Of a stretch of 64,000 nucleotides of DNA, positions 34,954 through 47,566 are shown piece after piece (positions within the stretch are counted from its first letter, which is position 1; every line of letters starts with the position of its first letter). Origin of the DNA: Scyliorhinus canicula (taxonomy: Eukaryota); the NCBI RefSeq assembly GCF_902713615.1, contig NC_052160.1, positions 137,558,737-137,622,736 of the forward strand, given 5' to 3'. A program made the translations under genes and the position numbers. Below the pieces are notes generated by a model, which saw only the letters and a list, made by a program, of their open reading frames with translations, did no database searches and was not told the origin of the DNA.

Positions 34954-35140
34954 GTAAGTGTGCAAAGAGCTGGTCGAAATATGATGTTCCAAACAGACGA
35001 GAGTGGAAAGTTTAAGTTTGATATATTTGAATTCGATTAAAATCAATGCTCAAATATCATGGACTACATTTCATGTTTCAATTAACAAAATCAGTAAATC
35101 AGTACCATGGGTTCGAATGAAATTGCAGTCAGCAGTTAAG

Positions 35141-35363
35141 TAATAATCTTTATTGGTGTCACAAGTAGGTTTACATTAACACTGCAATAAAGTTGAATAA
35201 AGTGAAAATCCCCTAGTCACCACACTCCGGCGCCTGTTCGGGTACACTGAGGGAGAATTCAGAATGTCCAATTCACCTAACAGCACGTCTTTCGGGACTT
35301 GTGGGAGGAAACCGGAGCGCCCGGAGGAAACCCACGCTGACACGGGGAGAACGTGCAGACTCC
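35141..35363 (-). mobile_element. Truncated V-SINE, B-type
   Basis: Reverse complement of core and B tail. Confidence 0.8.
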
Positions 35364-35655
35364 AGTACCATACAGAATACAGTAGATTCATTTGATTACA
35401 TTGGAATTAACAATAGAGGTGACTCTTTAAGCGATCCATTCCAACAGGTACCACAAAGGTGGAAATTTACCCAGATAATTTAAAAATAAATGGGTAATGT
35501 GCTAATCAAAGTGGCGCCCAGAAGCGTGCCATACACTTTTCCTAATTCCTGTATGCTAAGATTAAATATTGCTAAGATTAAATATTGCAAAGAATAATTT
35601 CTGATCTTGTATCTAAAACGTGCTGTTCAGTTAATTGGATTTATGTCATTCTTAG

Positions 35656-35711
35656 GTGAGAAGGAATTACCACATACAGAAGAAGAATCTAACTCACTCT
35701 ACAAAGATCTG
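35656..35711 (+). CDS. Gene 1 candidate cytoplasmic exon B with ITIM-like motif
   Basis: Acceptor GTCATTCTTAG|, donor CTG|GTAAGA; phase 1 to 0; (G)EKELPHTEEESNSLYKDL, SLYKDL fits (S/I/V/L)xYxx(L/V). Confidence 0.65.
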
Positions 35712-36028
35712 GTAAGAATTTCACAAAGCACATTCTTGGATGTTTTACGTCTAACCACCCTCCTTTCAAGGGCCACTTTATTCGTGGTCAGAAAATTGTT
35801 TTTGTACAAAACACAAAATAGTGCAGCTGCAGGAAATTTTAAATCGAGAGAGAAATTGCTGTGAATGTTCAGCAGGTCCGATGGCAGGTCGGAACCGGAA
35901 GTTCGTTAGAGATATAACAGCTATCCAACAGGTACGAAGGGAGGGAGAGGGGGAGGAGGAAAGAACAATGGAGAAGGTTTGTGATTGGGTTGTGGTATTA
36001 TCATAACTATTAGCATTGCAAGGGTTAA

Positions 36029-36716
36029 TGTAGTGTCGAGAGTAGCCACTAGAGGGAGCTACAGTTACAACTATATAAGGCAGTGATCATAGAATTTACA
36101 GTGCAGAAGGAGGCCATTCAGCCCATCAAGTCTGCACCGGCTCTTGGAAAGAGCACCCTACCCAAGGTCAACACCTCCACCCTATCCCCATAACCTAGTA
36201 ACCCCACCCAATACTAAGGGCAATTTTGGACACTAAGGGCAATTTATCATGGCCAATCCACCTAACCTTCACATCTTTGGACTGTGGGAGGAAACCAGAA
36301 CACCCGGAGGAAACCCACACACACACGGGGAGGATGTGCAGACTCCGCACAGACAGTGACCCAAGCCGGAATCGAACCTGGGACCCTGGAGCTGTGAAAC
36401 AATTGTGCTATCCACAATGCTACCGTGATGCTAGACCTTAGGAGAGGAGTGTATGCAGGGGATAGCTAGTGAAGGTCAGAAGAGCAGATAGTGCAAGTGT
36501 GCATAGATAATAGTTCAAACCAGTAGTGAGATTAGCTGTAGATGAGTATAGTGTAAATGTTATTAGTCAACAGTGTATTTATTCTTAAGGAGTACGAGTT
36601 AAAACCAAGTTAGTAGTGTAAATAAATTAGTAGCTTTGTTTAAGTTAAAGCTATTTTGTGGTCTTTATGAACACTACGCCAACGATCTTGAATTGAGCAA
36701 CACAAAGAACACCACA
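36029..36716 (+). mobile_element. Solo LTR interrupted by a V-SINE (36087-36427, minus)
   Basis: TGTAGTG...CACCACA ends, TATATAA and AATAAA; GTGAT on both sides of the SINE. Confidence 0.65.
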
Positions 36717-37082
36717 AGGTGTCAGGCAGGAGAGAGAGCAAATGAATGATAGTACAAGGCAGAAAGAGATGGTCTGGGATAAGTGAAGGAACTAAAGATG
36801 GATCTAAAGGAGGAAGAGGTGGGGAAAGCAGAATGGTAAGCCTTCCAAAATAAAGGGGAACACAGGTTAGAATCTGAAACTGTCTAACGCAGTCCAGGAA
36901 ACTGTAAAGTGCCCATTTGAAAAATAAGATGCATGTTCCTCGAACATACCGTGAGTTTCATTGGAACGGTTTAGAAGGTAGAGGACAGAGAGATAAGGAT
37001 GGGAGTTGGGCAGAGGATTAAAATGGAATGAAGCTCAGGGTCACAACTGCGGGCTGAGCGCATGTGTTTCATAAAAGCAGTC

Positions 37083-37389
37083 ACAGTGCAGAAGGAGGCC
37101 ATTTGGCCCATCGAGTCTGCACCGGCCCTTGAAAAGGGCACCCTACTTAAGCCCACACCTCCATCCTATCCCCAGTAACCCTACCTGAACTCTTTGGACG
37201 CTAAGGGCAATTCAGCATGGCCAATCCATCTAACCTGCACACCTTTGGACTGTGAGAGGAAACTGGAGCACCCGGAGGAAACCCACATAAACACGGGGAG
37301 AACATAAAGAATCCGCACAGACAGTGACCCAAGCCGGGAATCCAACCTGGGACCCTGGAGCTGTGAAGCAACAGTGCTACCGTGCCACC
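37083..37389 (-). mobile_element. V-SINE
   Basis: Reverse complement of head, core and tail. Confidence 0.8.
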
Positions 37390-37801
37390 AAGTCCCCCAA
37401 ACTCTGTTTAGTATCTCCAATGTAGAGACTTCCATGTCATGAGCAGCAAACACCCCGTACTAATTGAAATGCAAATAAATCTCTAAAGTACTTCATTTAA
37501 AATCAATACAAATTAAAACTTCATTTGAAAAAAGTACCGAAACTTGAACTTGGATGGAATGATTCAGTTGCACTTTTATTATTCAAATTCAGTTCATAGC
37601 CCAGTTTTTTCTGTGTTATGTTAATGTTCATCTCAAATGGATTAAACTTGAGGCTAAGATAACAAAATAATAACTCTCACCATTTTCCTCTAAAAATACA
37701 ACAGTAATAAATGCCACAACTTTAACTGAGTCAATTATATTTGACATCACAACTTAAAACTAAGTGCTTGCAAGGACATTTGAATGCTGAATTCATATAC
37801 C

Positions 37802-38167
37802 GGGGCAGCACGGTAGCATTGTGGATAGCACAAATGCTTCACAGCTCCAGGGTCCCAGGTTCGATTCCCGGCTTGGGTCACTGTCTGTGCGGAGTCTGCG
37901 CATCCTCCCCGTGTGTGTGTGGATTTCCTCTGGGTGCTCCGGTTTCCTCCCACAGTCCAAAGATGTGCAGGTTAGGTGGATTGGCCATGATAAATTGCCC
38001 TTAGTATCCAAAATTGCCCTTAGTGTTGGGTGGTGTTACTGGGTTATGGGGATAGGGAGGAGGTGTTGACCTCGGGTAGGGTGCTCATTCCAAGAGCCGT
38101 TGCAGTCTCGATGGGCCGAATGGCCTCCTTCTGCACCGTAAATTCTGTGATAATCTATGATCTATGA
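37802..38167 (+). mobile_element. Full-length V-SINE
   Basis: Near-identical to 56818 copy; TCTATGA tail repeats. Confidence 0.9.
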
Positions 38168-39529
38168 TATTAAAGCTCTTGAGTTTCCACAAATAATTGA
38201 ACCAATTCATAATCAAATCAGTTATCACGATGGGAAAGAAAATATTAGCAGCTAGATGTTTGAGAATGAAAGTCTCTAATAAATGTTTTTGCTACTCTCG
38301 AGTGACTCAATACATTTACATATCATCTGCTGTGGTTGACAGTGAGCCAGAATCTAGGAAGTGGGTGGGAATTTACAGTTTTCCTCTGCAACCTCAGGCC
38401 GTAGGGAGAAGGAAAATGAAATTGGATTCCAGCTGCTAATTGTGACCCAGTGGCACAATGCAGCAAAACATGGGGGCGGCAAGATTCTCAGTCGGCCAAC
38501 ACCGGAATCACGAAACGAGATTGGGCGGAAAACCGGTTCCACGCCGAATTCATGGTGGCCGCTTATTTCATGCCAAATCGCAATTCTCTGTTGCCTCAAC
38601 AGCGCGCTAATGCATTCCAGAACGCATTGACAGTAAACACCATTTGCATATCATTAGCGGGCCTGACCCGGTATTCTCCGGGGCCTCCTTGATTCTCCGC
38701 CTCCGATGGGCAAAATTCCCAACGGCGAGTTTAACTTGTGCTTTCAAAAATCGTGAAACTGGCGACATGGCTGCTGAGGCAGAGAGAGGGGGTACGGAAA
38801 GTGTCCAACATCGCCACAGTGTACTCACAGTTGTGCCGCTGCGGGCCAGGGGGCTTCTTCCAGGGCTGGGGGGAATAGCGGGGGGGGGGGGGGGTTGGCC
38901 AGGAGATAGGCTGTGGGGTCAGGGTAGACGGGCACTCCCCTAGGTGCTGTCTGGCCCCTGCCGATCCATCAGATATATGGGTGTTGTTATGTTTCTTGAA
39001 AGAATGCTAGAAGTCGTTCAGCAGTTGAAGGAAGGTTTATTGTGCTACACAATAAATGATTGCGTTAGCTTTCACTTACAGAACTGTACTTGTAAAGATA
39101 ATGCTTCTCTATGCTCTGCAACTAGGCCTGACCACACTAGCAGCCCTGAGCTCAACTTCCGTCCCTGTCCTTCTCACCAAAATGAGAGGGAGGGCCTTCA
39201 GCGTCACTCTTATATGTCCCCATGCTGCCCCTTGGTGGTGCTTCCATTTCCCATCAGCCCCTTCTGTACATACTCAAGCAAGGATCACTACAGGCGTGCT
39301 CCAGTGCAACTAGTGCCATCTTGTTGGCCGGGATGGTGTGTAATGTGTGTGTGCAGCTACAGCTTGTCAGCCTCCTGAGTGTCGATCATGGACCCAGTGA
39401 ATCCTGCACCATTTTTCATTGGTATCAATTGTGTTCCACGTGGCGCCGGTGCTAACCCCTCAATAGTCACTGAATTGGTCCAGGTTCGGCACCAGTTTTG
39501 CTGTCGTGAAAGTCAATGAATCCTGCGCT

Positions 39530-40103
39530 GGCATTGGTGGTGGAGGGTGTGAATGTTTATGGAAGGGGTGCCAATCATGTGGGTTGCTTTTTCCTGGATT
39601 GTTTCTTGAATTTCTTGAGTGTTGTTGGAGCTGCGCTCATCCAGGCTAGTGGGGAGTATTCCATCACACTCCTGACTTGTGCCTTGTGGACAGGCTTTGG
39701 GAGAGTCGGGAGGTGAGTTACTCACCACTGGATGTTTGGCCTCGGTACTGCTGCTGTAGCCACAGTATTAACCTGGCTCGTCCAGTTCCTGGTCAATGGT
39801 AACCGCAGGATGTTTACAGTGGGGGATTCAGTTATGGTAACTCCATTGAATATGACAAGGTGATGGTTTGATTCTCTCTCATTGGAGATGGTCATTGCCT
39901 GGCCCTTGTGTGGCATGAATGTTACTTCCCACTTGTCAGCCCAAGCCTGGATATTGTCCCGATCTTGCCGCATTTGCACGTGGATTGCTGCAGTGTCCGA
40001 GGAGTCGCAAATGGTGCTGAACATTGAGCAGTCATCCGCAAACATCCCCACTTCTGAACATAAGTTGGAAGGAAGATCATTGATGAAGCAGCTGAAGTTG
40101 GTT
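39530..40103 (-). mobile_element. CR1-type LINE RT C-terminal fragment
   Basis: Minus translation FINDLPSNLCSEVGMFADDCSMF...DNIQAWADKWEVTF. Confidence 0.85.
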
Positions 40104-40620
40104 GAATAGAATAGAATAGAATAGAAATAATATGCAAGGGTATGGGGAAAGGGCAGGAGAATGGTACTGAGCCGTGTTGCTCGTGTGAAGAGCCATTGCA
40201 GATGGGCCAAAAGGCCTCATTCAGCCGCAGAACAATTTTGTGATTCCGTGAAATATTGGCTTCAATAGGTGAAAAATTCTCTCATCGCTTGTCAGTGAAG
40301 CTTATGGTTTGTGAGGGGCCTCGAATTTGACCAGACCCAAGCTTTTAAACGACTTAAACTTCCAGTGTTTGGTTCAGAGGCTGTCTTTGAGTTTGTTTGT
40401 ATAAAGTGATTCTCAGCTGGAACTAACCCCCCTGTGACTGGCAGCACTGAATGGTTAGCACAGAGCAATTAGTAATCAGGTCAGAATGCCACACATATAT
40501 ATTTGTACAGAAATGAAAATGGTTATTAAAAAATCTTGAAATCGACGCTAACAGCGTTGGAGATGCTCAGTTAGTCTGCCAGCATTTGTGGAGAGAGGAA
40601 CAGAGTAAATGTTTCAGGTT

Positions 40621-40918
40621 AATAATAATCTTTATTGTCACAAGTAGGCTAAGATTAACACCGCAATGAAGTTACTGTGAAAATCCCCTAGTCGCCACAT
40701 TCCGGCGCCTGTTCGGGTACACAGAGGGAGAATTCAGAATGTCCAATTCAGCGAACAGCACGTCTTTCGGGACTTGTGGGAGGAAACCGGAGAACCTGGA
40801 GGAAACCCACCCAGACACGGGGAGAACGTGCAGACTCCGCACAGACAGTGACCCAAGCCGGGAATCGAACCTGGGACCCTGGCGCTGTGAAGCAACAGTG
40901 CTAGCCACGGTGCTACCG
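40621..40918 (-). mobile_element. V-SINE, B-type tail
   Basis: Reverse complement of B-type SINE with (TTA)n end. Confidence 0.85.
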
Positions 40919-43207
40919 TTGCAACGCCTTCATCTAATTCATTCCAGAATTTCAATTAAATTGCAGAGGAAAGTAAAACAAAAAGAAACATACATATTGT
41001 AATTGAAAATATGGAAAGATGTGTCATTTGAAACATGGAAGTCTGGCAATACCTGGTCTGAGAGAAACATGAGAGGATACAGGGAAAGATCCCATGAAGG
41101 GTTAAAAGCAGCTGCAAAGAGCAGGATTATAAAATGCAAATTCTTTCTCACCAGCAGGCTTAGCAAACACACAGTATTCTTGTATTAAGCTAAAACAATG
41201 GCTCGCACCTTCATTGAAAGTAACTATCTTAGGAAGTATCTGGAAAAGCATGGATGAGAGTTTCAATTGAATAAAGTGATGAATGTTTAAAACAGGCAGG
41301 TCTTTCAAGTCATAACCAAGTGAAATTTTAGCATACAGCTAAAAGCAAAGGTTTCACACTCTCATTGAAATTAACTCTCTTAGTAAACAGCTGGAAAGGA
41401 AAGGATGATGTTCAGTTGAATTTGGTGTCAATTCTAAGTGTGAAATTCTACTAATACCAAGTCAATTAAAAGAAAATTGGAGACAACCTGTCTACGAGAA
41501 ACATAATTTAAAGTCAAAATCAAAGGCAATGTTATGAGCTGGGGACAATTGGAAAATTAGACTATTGAAATGACAGGAATTAAAAGTAACACCTATTGAA
41601 ACCAAAGCATTTTTTGAATATCACAAAGGAACTTTGAACATCACAAAGGACAATGTAATCAGATCTGAGAGGTGAGACCATGTCCAAAATGAATACTTAG
41701 ATGTATTAGAATGTTTAGATCAAAGATACTTTTTACAATCAAAGTGAAATAAGCTCATTTATAATAAAGTCGTTAAAACTTAATAACTGTTCGAAAGAGA
41801 ATATAAACCCAAAGAAAGGGGACAGCCAGTAGAGCCAGCTATCACAGCTCGGTACATGAGAAGGATAGGACACAGCAACCGAGCTCACCAGCGAATACAT
41901 CTAAAGAAGACCAGATTTTAAAGAAGATTGATTGTCAAGTTGGGCCTGAAGGTCCCTTCAACCAACCAGAAGGATCCAGAAGCAAGATCTTTTTACCTTT
42001 CTGTAAAGAAAGTGTTTGCAGCTTTTAAAAGAAACATTATAATAATAAAATAACTTTAAAGTTTTAACCTGAAACAATGTTATTAGCCTACTTTACTTAC
42101 TTAACAACGCAGGACCCAGGACATCGATGCTACTAAGGGGTAAGTAGGTTAAATTCTTAGGTGAAGGTATGGGTTATACCGGGGGATAACTTGAAAATAT
42201 AGTTTGACCTGAATAGCACCCACCGAAGCCTGCATCGGAGTCAGGGAGTGAGAATCCCTGGTTTACCATTTAGAATATCGACCCTTTTTGGTATAGGGGG
42301 AATTCAAAGAATAGTGGTGAGTTTTAACTTCAATATGATAATAGAATACTTTACATAGAGACAAGTTTTACCTGTTTGAAATCAACTGCCACTAATGACA
42401 ATGAAAACTCATTCACTTTTCCAAAGTCTTTCAGAGATGTCCATGGTCAAGGTATCACATATGATGTGGAAACAAGCACAGCCATCTTTCAAAGGGAAGA
42501 GTTTCCTGTTTATATTTATGATAAACACCAACACGAACAGATGGATCCTGTCTAATTCGGGAGCTTCAGAACGAGTTCAATGCTCGACACTTGGGATTTC
42601 AATAACGTTCCTGTTATCGTTACTTTAGACTTACACGCTAACCGAGGTCAGTCTGAAGCTTCCATTTTTAATCACGGTCTTCATCTCCATTGACAGCTTC
42701 AATTCTGTAGCCTGCCTGGTATCTGAAGAAGTGTTGAGATTATTGCTGGTGTTATTAACAGAAAAATGCACAACACTTTTGCATTGTAACCCGTAATTCA
42801 TTACTGGTAACTCTCCAGATATATAGAGCGTTGTCTGCACTGGAATTGCAGACCGAGAAATGCCACACAGACAACTTGTATGTCCATCGACTGATAGTTC
42901 CGACAATAATTTCAATGTAAATTGTCTCCGACTGCCTTTAAAAATTATTTTCATAAAACTATTGTATTCCAAGATCTTTTTGGTCCGGCTGATCAGATCA
43001 CTGATTATATCAAACATCGAATTACTTGCACGTACAACAGGAGGTCAAAGTTCAATTTGTCAACCAAATTAAATATTTTTTTGCTAATAAACTGTCACCT
43101 GAACATTGAAAGTTCTGATAATTTTCAAGTGATCATTTGTATATTCAGAGGGAGTTTGGTTCTCAGGATGGCATTTCAACTACTGCGGCAGGATTCCCTG
43201 TCTTAAT

Positions 43208-43920
43208 GGGCTCGTCACACCTGACTTGGTGAGGCGAATAGGCCATTGAATCTCACGAGAGGCCTCTCACGAGATTCGCGACGCTCGAACCACCTTGCGA
43301 CATTTAACGAGATCTCGTGAGACGTCGCGATCTGCACGTCGCCCTCACTGGGTAAGATCCAGATCCACAAATTTAAGTCAGCCATTAGTCTCATTGACGT
43401 ATGCATGCACTGCCTTCTCCCGGGGCCCGGGAACTAACGGCTTCGCCTCGGAGATCTCGCCATAATGCCATTTAGCACTGCTTCTCACAAACATGGACCA
43501 AGCAGAACAGCACCTGGAGGGGTGGGGTGGGGGTCTACCAGGCCATTAGAGACCCTTAGTCGGTCAGGCTGTGGGCAGGGTATTACCCTGAAACTCCCAC
43601 TGGTACTTTGGTACAGCCAGCCTGGCACTGTCCAGATGACTGGGTGGCATTGCCAGGCTGGTGAGCACTGCCAGGGTGCCAGCCTGGCACAAGCAAGTTG
43701 TCCAGGTGGCACTGCCGGCTCAGAGGCATAGCCAAGGTGCCAAGCTAACATATTTTGTGCGGTGATGATGGGCTGGGGAGCCCTGTGTGGGTGTTGAAGG
43801 AGGTGCGGCGGGGGGGGACCCTGAACCCTCCCATAGTGCGCTTGGGCTTGGGGGGAGTCGGGGGTCATTTCAGGGGCTCCAGAGATCAGGACGTCATTTA
43901 AAAATGGCGTCCCGCTCACT
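43208..43920. mobile_element. Harbinger-type non-autonomous element
   Basis: CpG-rich palindromic GAGATCTCGTGAGACGTCGCGATC segment and GC-rich interior similar to 8612-9039. Confidence 0.5.
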
Positions 43921-43957
43921 CGCTACACTGAAGTGTTCCACCGAGCAGATCTCCTCG

Positions 43958-44081
43958 TTCCCGTACCAGCCTCCCCGAACAGGCGTCGGAATGTGGCGAC
44001 TAGGGGCTTTTCACAGTAGCTTCATTCGAAGCCTACTCGTGACAATAAGCGATTTTCATTCTCATTCATTTCATTTTCATT
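43958..44081 (+). mobile_element. Short core-less SINE (C-type), 5' truncated
   Basis: TTCCCGTACCAGCCTCCCCGAACAGGCG...GACAATAAGCGATTTTCATT(TTCAT)n. Confidence 0.75.
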
Positions 44082-45745
44082 CCTCAGTACACACTATGTG
44101 CAGCTTGGGCCGTGCGTTCCCCGCTGAAACCCCTATCTAACCCGGCTGCCATTTTATAGCGTTGTGTTTCTCTGCGCTCGCTTGGGGACTTTGTTCTCAT
44201 TTAGTTACATTCCACCCAAAGTCTTTCTGGAGTTCAAGCTTGCATTTTGGTACTTCTTCCTTCTAGGCTTGAGCTGGTTTTCTTTGTCAAACTGACTACT
44301 TTCTCTGTAGATTCACGATCATTTCAAGTTTACAGTGAAGATGTGCCAGCCACTCACTGGTTTTAGAACAAAAACACTAGGTCTAAAAACTTCTGCTCAC
44401 TTCTCTCAGAAGCACCATGCCGGAATCACTCACTGACTGTTGTCAGGCAGGACACTGTCCCTGGCCATCCTATAGGCTGCCAGCCAGCCAATCGAACCGA
44501 ATTCCACCAAAACCAGTGTCTAAGATTCACTCAGCGCCGGCGAGTCTGTTTTCTCTTCTCCAAAATAGAAAACCTGGAACACACTGTCGTGACTCGCAGA
44601 CTGCCTCAGCTTGAGTCCGCTGCTTAAAGGCACATTCCGATTATGGGTCCACGGACCAAAAATAATAAAATATTATAAATGGAAACAAAGGAAATAAACA
44701 GAGGGGACTCTTGCAGCAGAAGTTGAGGACACAGAAAAAGATAATTTAGTGGCAGAAAAATCAAGATTGGAGTAGCAGACTGGGATAAAGGACTAAGTTT
44801 TTTTTCTATTCACCACCAGGGACTTGCCCAATGAGTTCACAGGTTTTACTCCTTTCAAATTGGTTTATAGACTATAAAGATCCTCCTGTTTAATCCCTGT
44901 CTGTTCCCTTTTTCTCCTTTTAATTTCTGTTATTCTTTTGGCTATTTCAATGTTTTACATGGACAATTAACGTACCTATGCCTTTACGATGGACTTCACC
45001 TTTAATTCGAGTGACTGGTAAACTGAGGGTTGACCTATGACCCTCAGGCAAGGCAGCTTACAAGAAGTTGTTTACTTTTCAGATCAGCAGATTCCAGGGA
45101 GATCAGTGCTGACACATCTTGATGGACTTGGCTGTCGGCCAATGGACTGTTTCAACTTTCCGAGCCTTGTCAATGGCCCCTGTCAATTGGTTTGGGTTTT
45201 CTCTGGAATGTTTCTTCCCCTGTGCGACTGTGTTTTCTCTTCTATTTTTCTTTTGGTCAGAAGCTGGAGGGTCACAGCTCTGATTTCTCTCCCATCTAAT
45301 GGAGTCTTTTTGAAGATCTGAAGTAAAAACCTCCTTTTATGCACAGCCAAACTGAACATCAAGGAAACCAAAGTCAAGCCACAAGCTGCAGCGAGATTCA
45401 AATGTTTACAACTCTATTAAAATATGGTCTGGCGAACTTTGTTCTTATCTCAGAAAGGTTGTTGGTCATTCTGGTGCAGTTGGAAGCAAGTAAGAATTAA
45501 ACAGGCCTGAGGATGTTCCTTTGAGGTTAATAAAAGTTAAGGTGCCTCTACAGAGGACATCCTATTGTCTGGTAGTACTGACTGAATGCCACTGCCAGAA
45601 GATCATCTCTAATACTACGTTAGTGGCTTTGATCCCTAAGCATCCTGGGAGGACAGCCTGCTGCAACAACATCAACATCAGAAGCAAGAACGCTCATCTT
45701 TCATGTCATATTAATCCCCTTATTATCCCCCCCCTCACTCCCCCC

Positions 45746-45746
<1 letters not shown>

Positions 45747-45781
<35 letters not shown>
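45747..45781 (+). repeat. Poly-C tract (35 nt)
   Basis: Uninterrupted C run inside a longer C-rich stretch. Confidence 0.95.
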
Positions 45782-46399
45782 ACCTTCGTGTGTATCTACC
45801 TTGTGTGTGTTTGGGTAGAGGGTGGGATGATAAAGGGAGAGAGTAGTAAATGCGCTGGCCATTATTCTGTCATAAGTACTGCATATTTCAACTTTGTTTT
45901 GGTTATAAACAGTTATTATGTTCAACTTACAGAACTGGTGGCTATAATGTACTGAGCAGCCAAAGGGACAAAAATTCTGTGCCTTTTATACAAGTTATTG
46001 ATTAATTCACTTGTGCCGGGACTCCAGCATCTGTGTGGCTGGAATCAACCACGTCCTAATAAGACACTGAGTGAGAGGTCCTCTCAAACTAATCAAGGAG
46101 AGATTTTTAGAAGGAGGAAGTCTCTATGTTATCAAATATGTAATCATATTCCATGAGCAACTGGCAAGAGTCAGTGGTGTGACTCAACAACAGTTAAAAC
46201 AAACTCCTGAAACAGCGAGGAAAAAACAGGCAAACAAGCCAAGGCCCAAACTTTTCAGCAGAGGAGACTAGGTGCTCGTGGCCCTACCAATACTGGACGA
46301 ATCCCTAAAAGCCCATTCAGTGGCCAGTACAGAGTAGCAAAAAAGCGTGGGGAGGTAAAGCACCACCCCAGATTGCAGGAAAAAGCAAAGGCTCTGTTA

Positions 46400-47555
46400 A
46401 TATGATTGTGGCTAACCTGACTGTGGCCTCAACTCTACCTTCCTCTCTGCCGGCCATAACCCTCTAACTCCATTGTTGATCAAAAATCTCTCTAGTTCAG
46501 TCTGGGTTATGTTCAATGGTCCAGCATCCCTATTTTCTGGGGAAGAGAACTGTGTCCCCTAGTTCTAAATTGCCCCTCAAGGGAAACATTTTCACAGTAT
46601 CAAGTCCCCTCAAGATCGTATATTATTTCTATAAGATCACCTCTCATTCTTCTAACAGTCAATGGCCAACTTGCCCAACCTATCTTCACCCCAGGAGTCA
46701 GTAGAACAAACCTTCTCTGGACTGCTTCTAATCAATCAAACCCCTTCTTAAGTAAGGAGACCAAACTGCACACAGTATGCAAGGTCTCAAGGGCCCTGCA
46801 CAGTTGCAGCAACACTTCTCTACTTTTATACTCAATTCGCCTTGCATAAATTTTAACATTGCATTTGCTTTCCTAATCACTTGCTGTACCTGCAGCCTAA
46901 TGTTTTGTGATTCATGTAGCAGGACGCCCAGATCCCTCTGTACTGTTGAGTTCTGCAATCTCTCTCCATTTGAATTTTATGCTGTTTTTCTCCTCTTCCT
47001 GCCAAAATGGACAACCTCACATTTTTCCACATTATACTCCATCTGCCAAATCTTTGTCCCCTCACTTAATATAAGTAGACTCTTTATGCCCCCTTGTCAA
47101 ATTACTTTCCAACCTATACTTTGTGTCTTCAACAAAGTGAACTATCCAAGTAATTGATATCAGTTGTAAATAGTTCAGGCCCCAGCACTGATCCCTGTGA
47201 CATTGCACTCATTACATCATACCAACCTAAAAATGATACATTTTTCATCACTTCCTGCTTCCTGAAAGCCAGCCAATCCTCCATCCACGCGAATATGTTA
47301 CCCCGCTACCCCATGACCTCTTATCTTGTGTAATGAGGGTGGTACCTTATGGAAAGCTTTTTGGCAATCTGAGTACACCACATCCACAGTTTCTCCTTTA
47401 TCCACTTTGCTTGTTACAACCTCAGCAAACTCTAATAACTTAGTCAAACATGAGCTTCCTTTTTGAAAACCATGTTGACTCAATCTGATTGTATAATGAT
47501 TTTCTAAATGATCTGCCATTAACTCCTTAATAATAGATTCTAGCATTTTCCCAGT
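46400..47555 (-). mobile_element. Degenerate CR1 LINE RT fragment
   Basis: GKMLESIIKE...SQHGFQKGSSCLTKLLEF...VDVVYSDCQKAFHKV on the minus strand. Confidence 0.85.
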
Positions 47556-47566
47556 GACGGGTGTCT

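Noticed and set aside
35771-35821. Phase-0 acceptor 59 nt after exon B giving GHFIRGQKIVFVQNTK*
   Set aside because: The implied 59-nt intron is below the usual vertebrate minimum and the peptide has no motif.
42675-42715. Minus-strand AGYRIEAVNG resembling a PDZ motif (NHERF1 neighbours CD300 genes in mammals)
   Set aside because: No GLGF-type loop or other PDZ elements, flanked by stops, and no splice sites.
42359-42860. Plus-strand open frames with Tyr motifs (GITYDV; acceptor giving IYRAL at about 42819) as possible gene 1 terminal exons
   Set aside because: ITYDVE is not an ITIM and its acceptor is phase 1 rather than the required phase 0; the 42819 acceptor has a very short pyrimidine tract. 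There is no way to rank them without cDNA.
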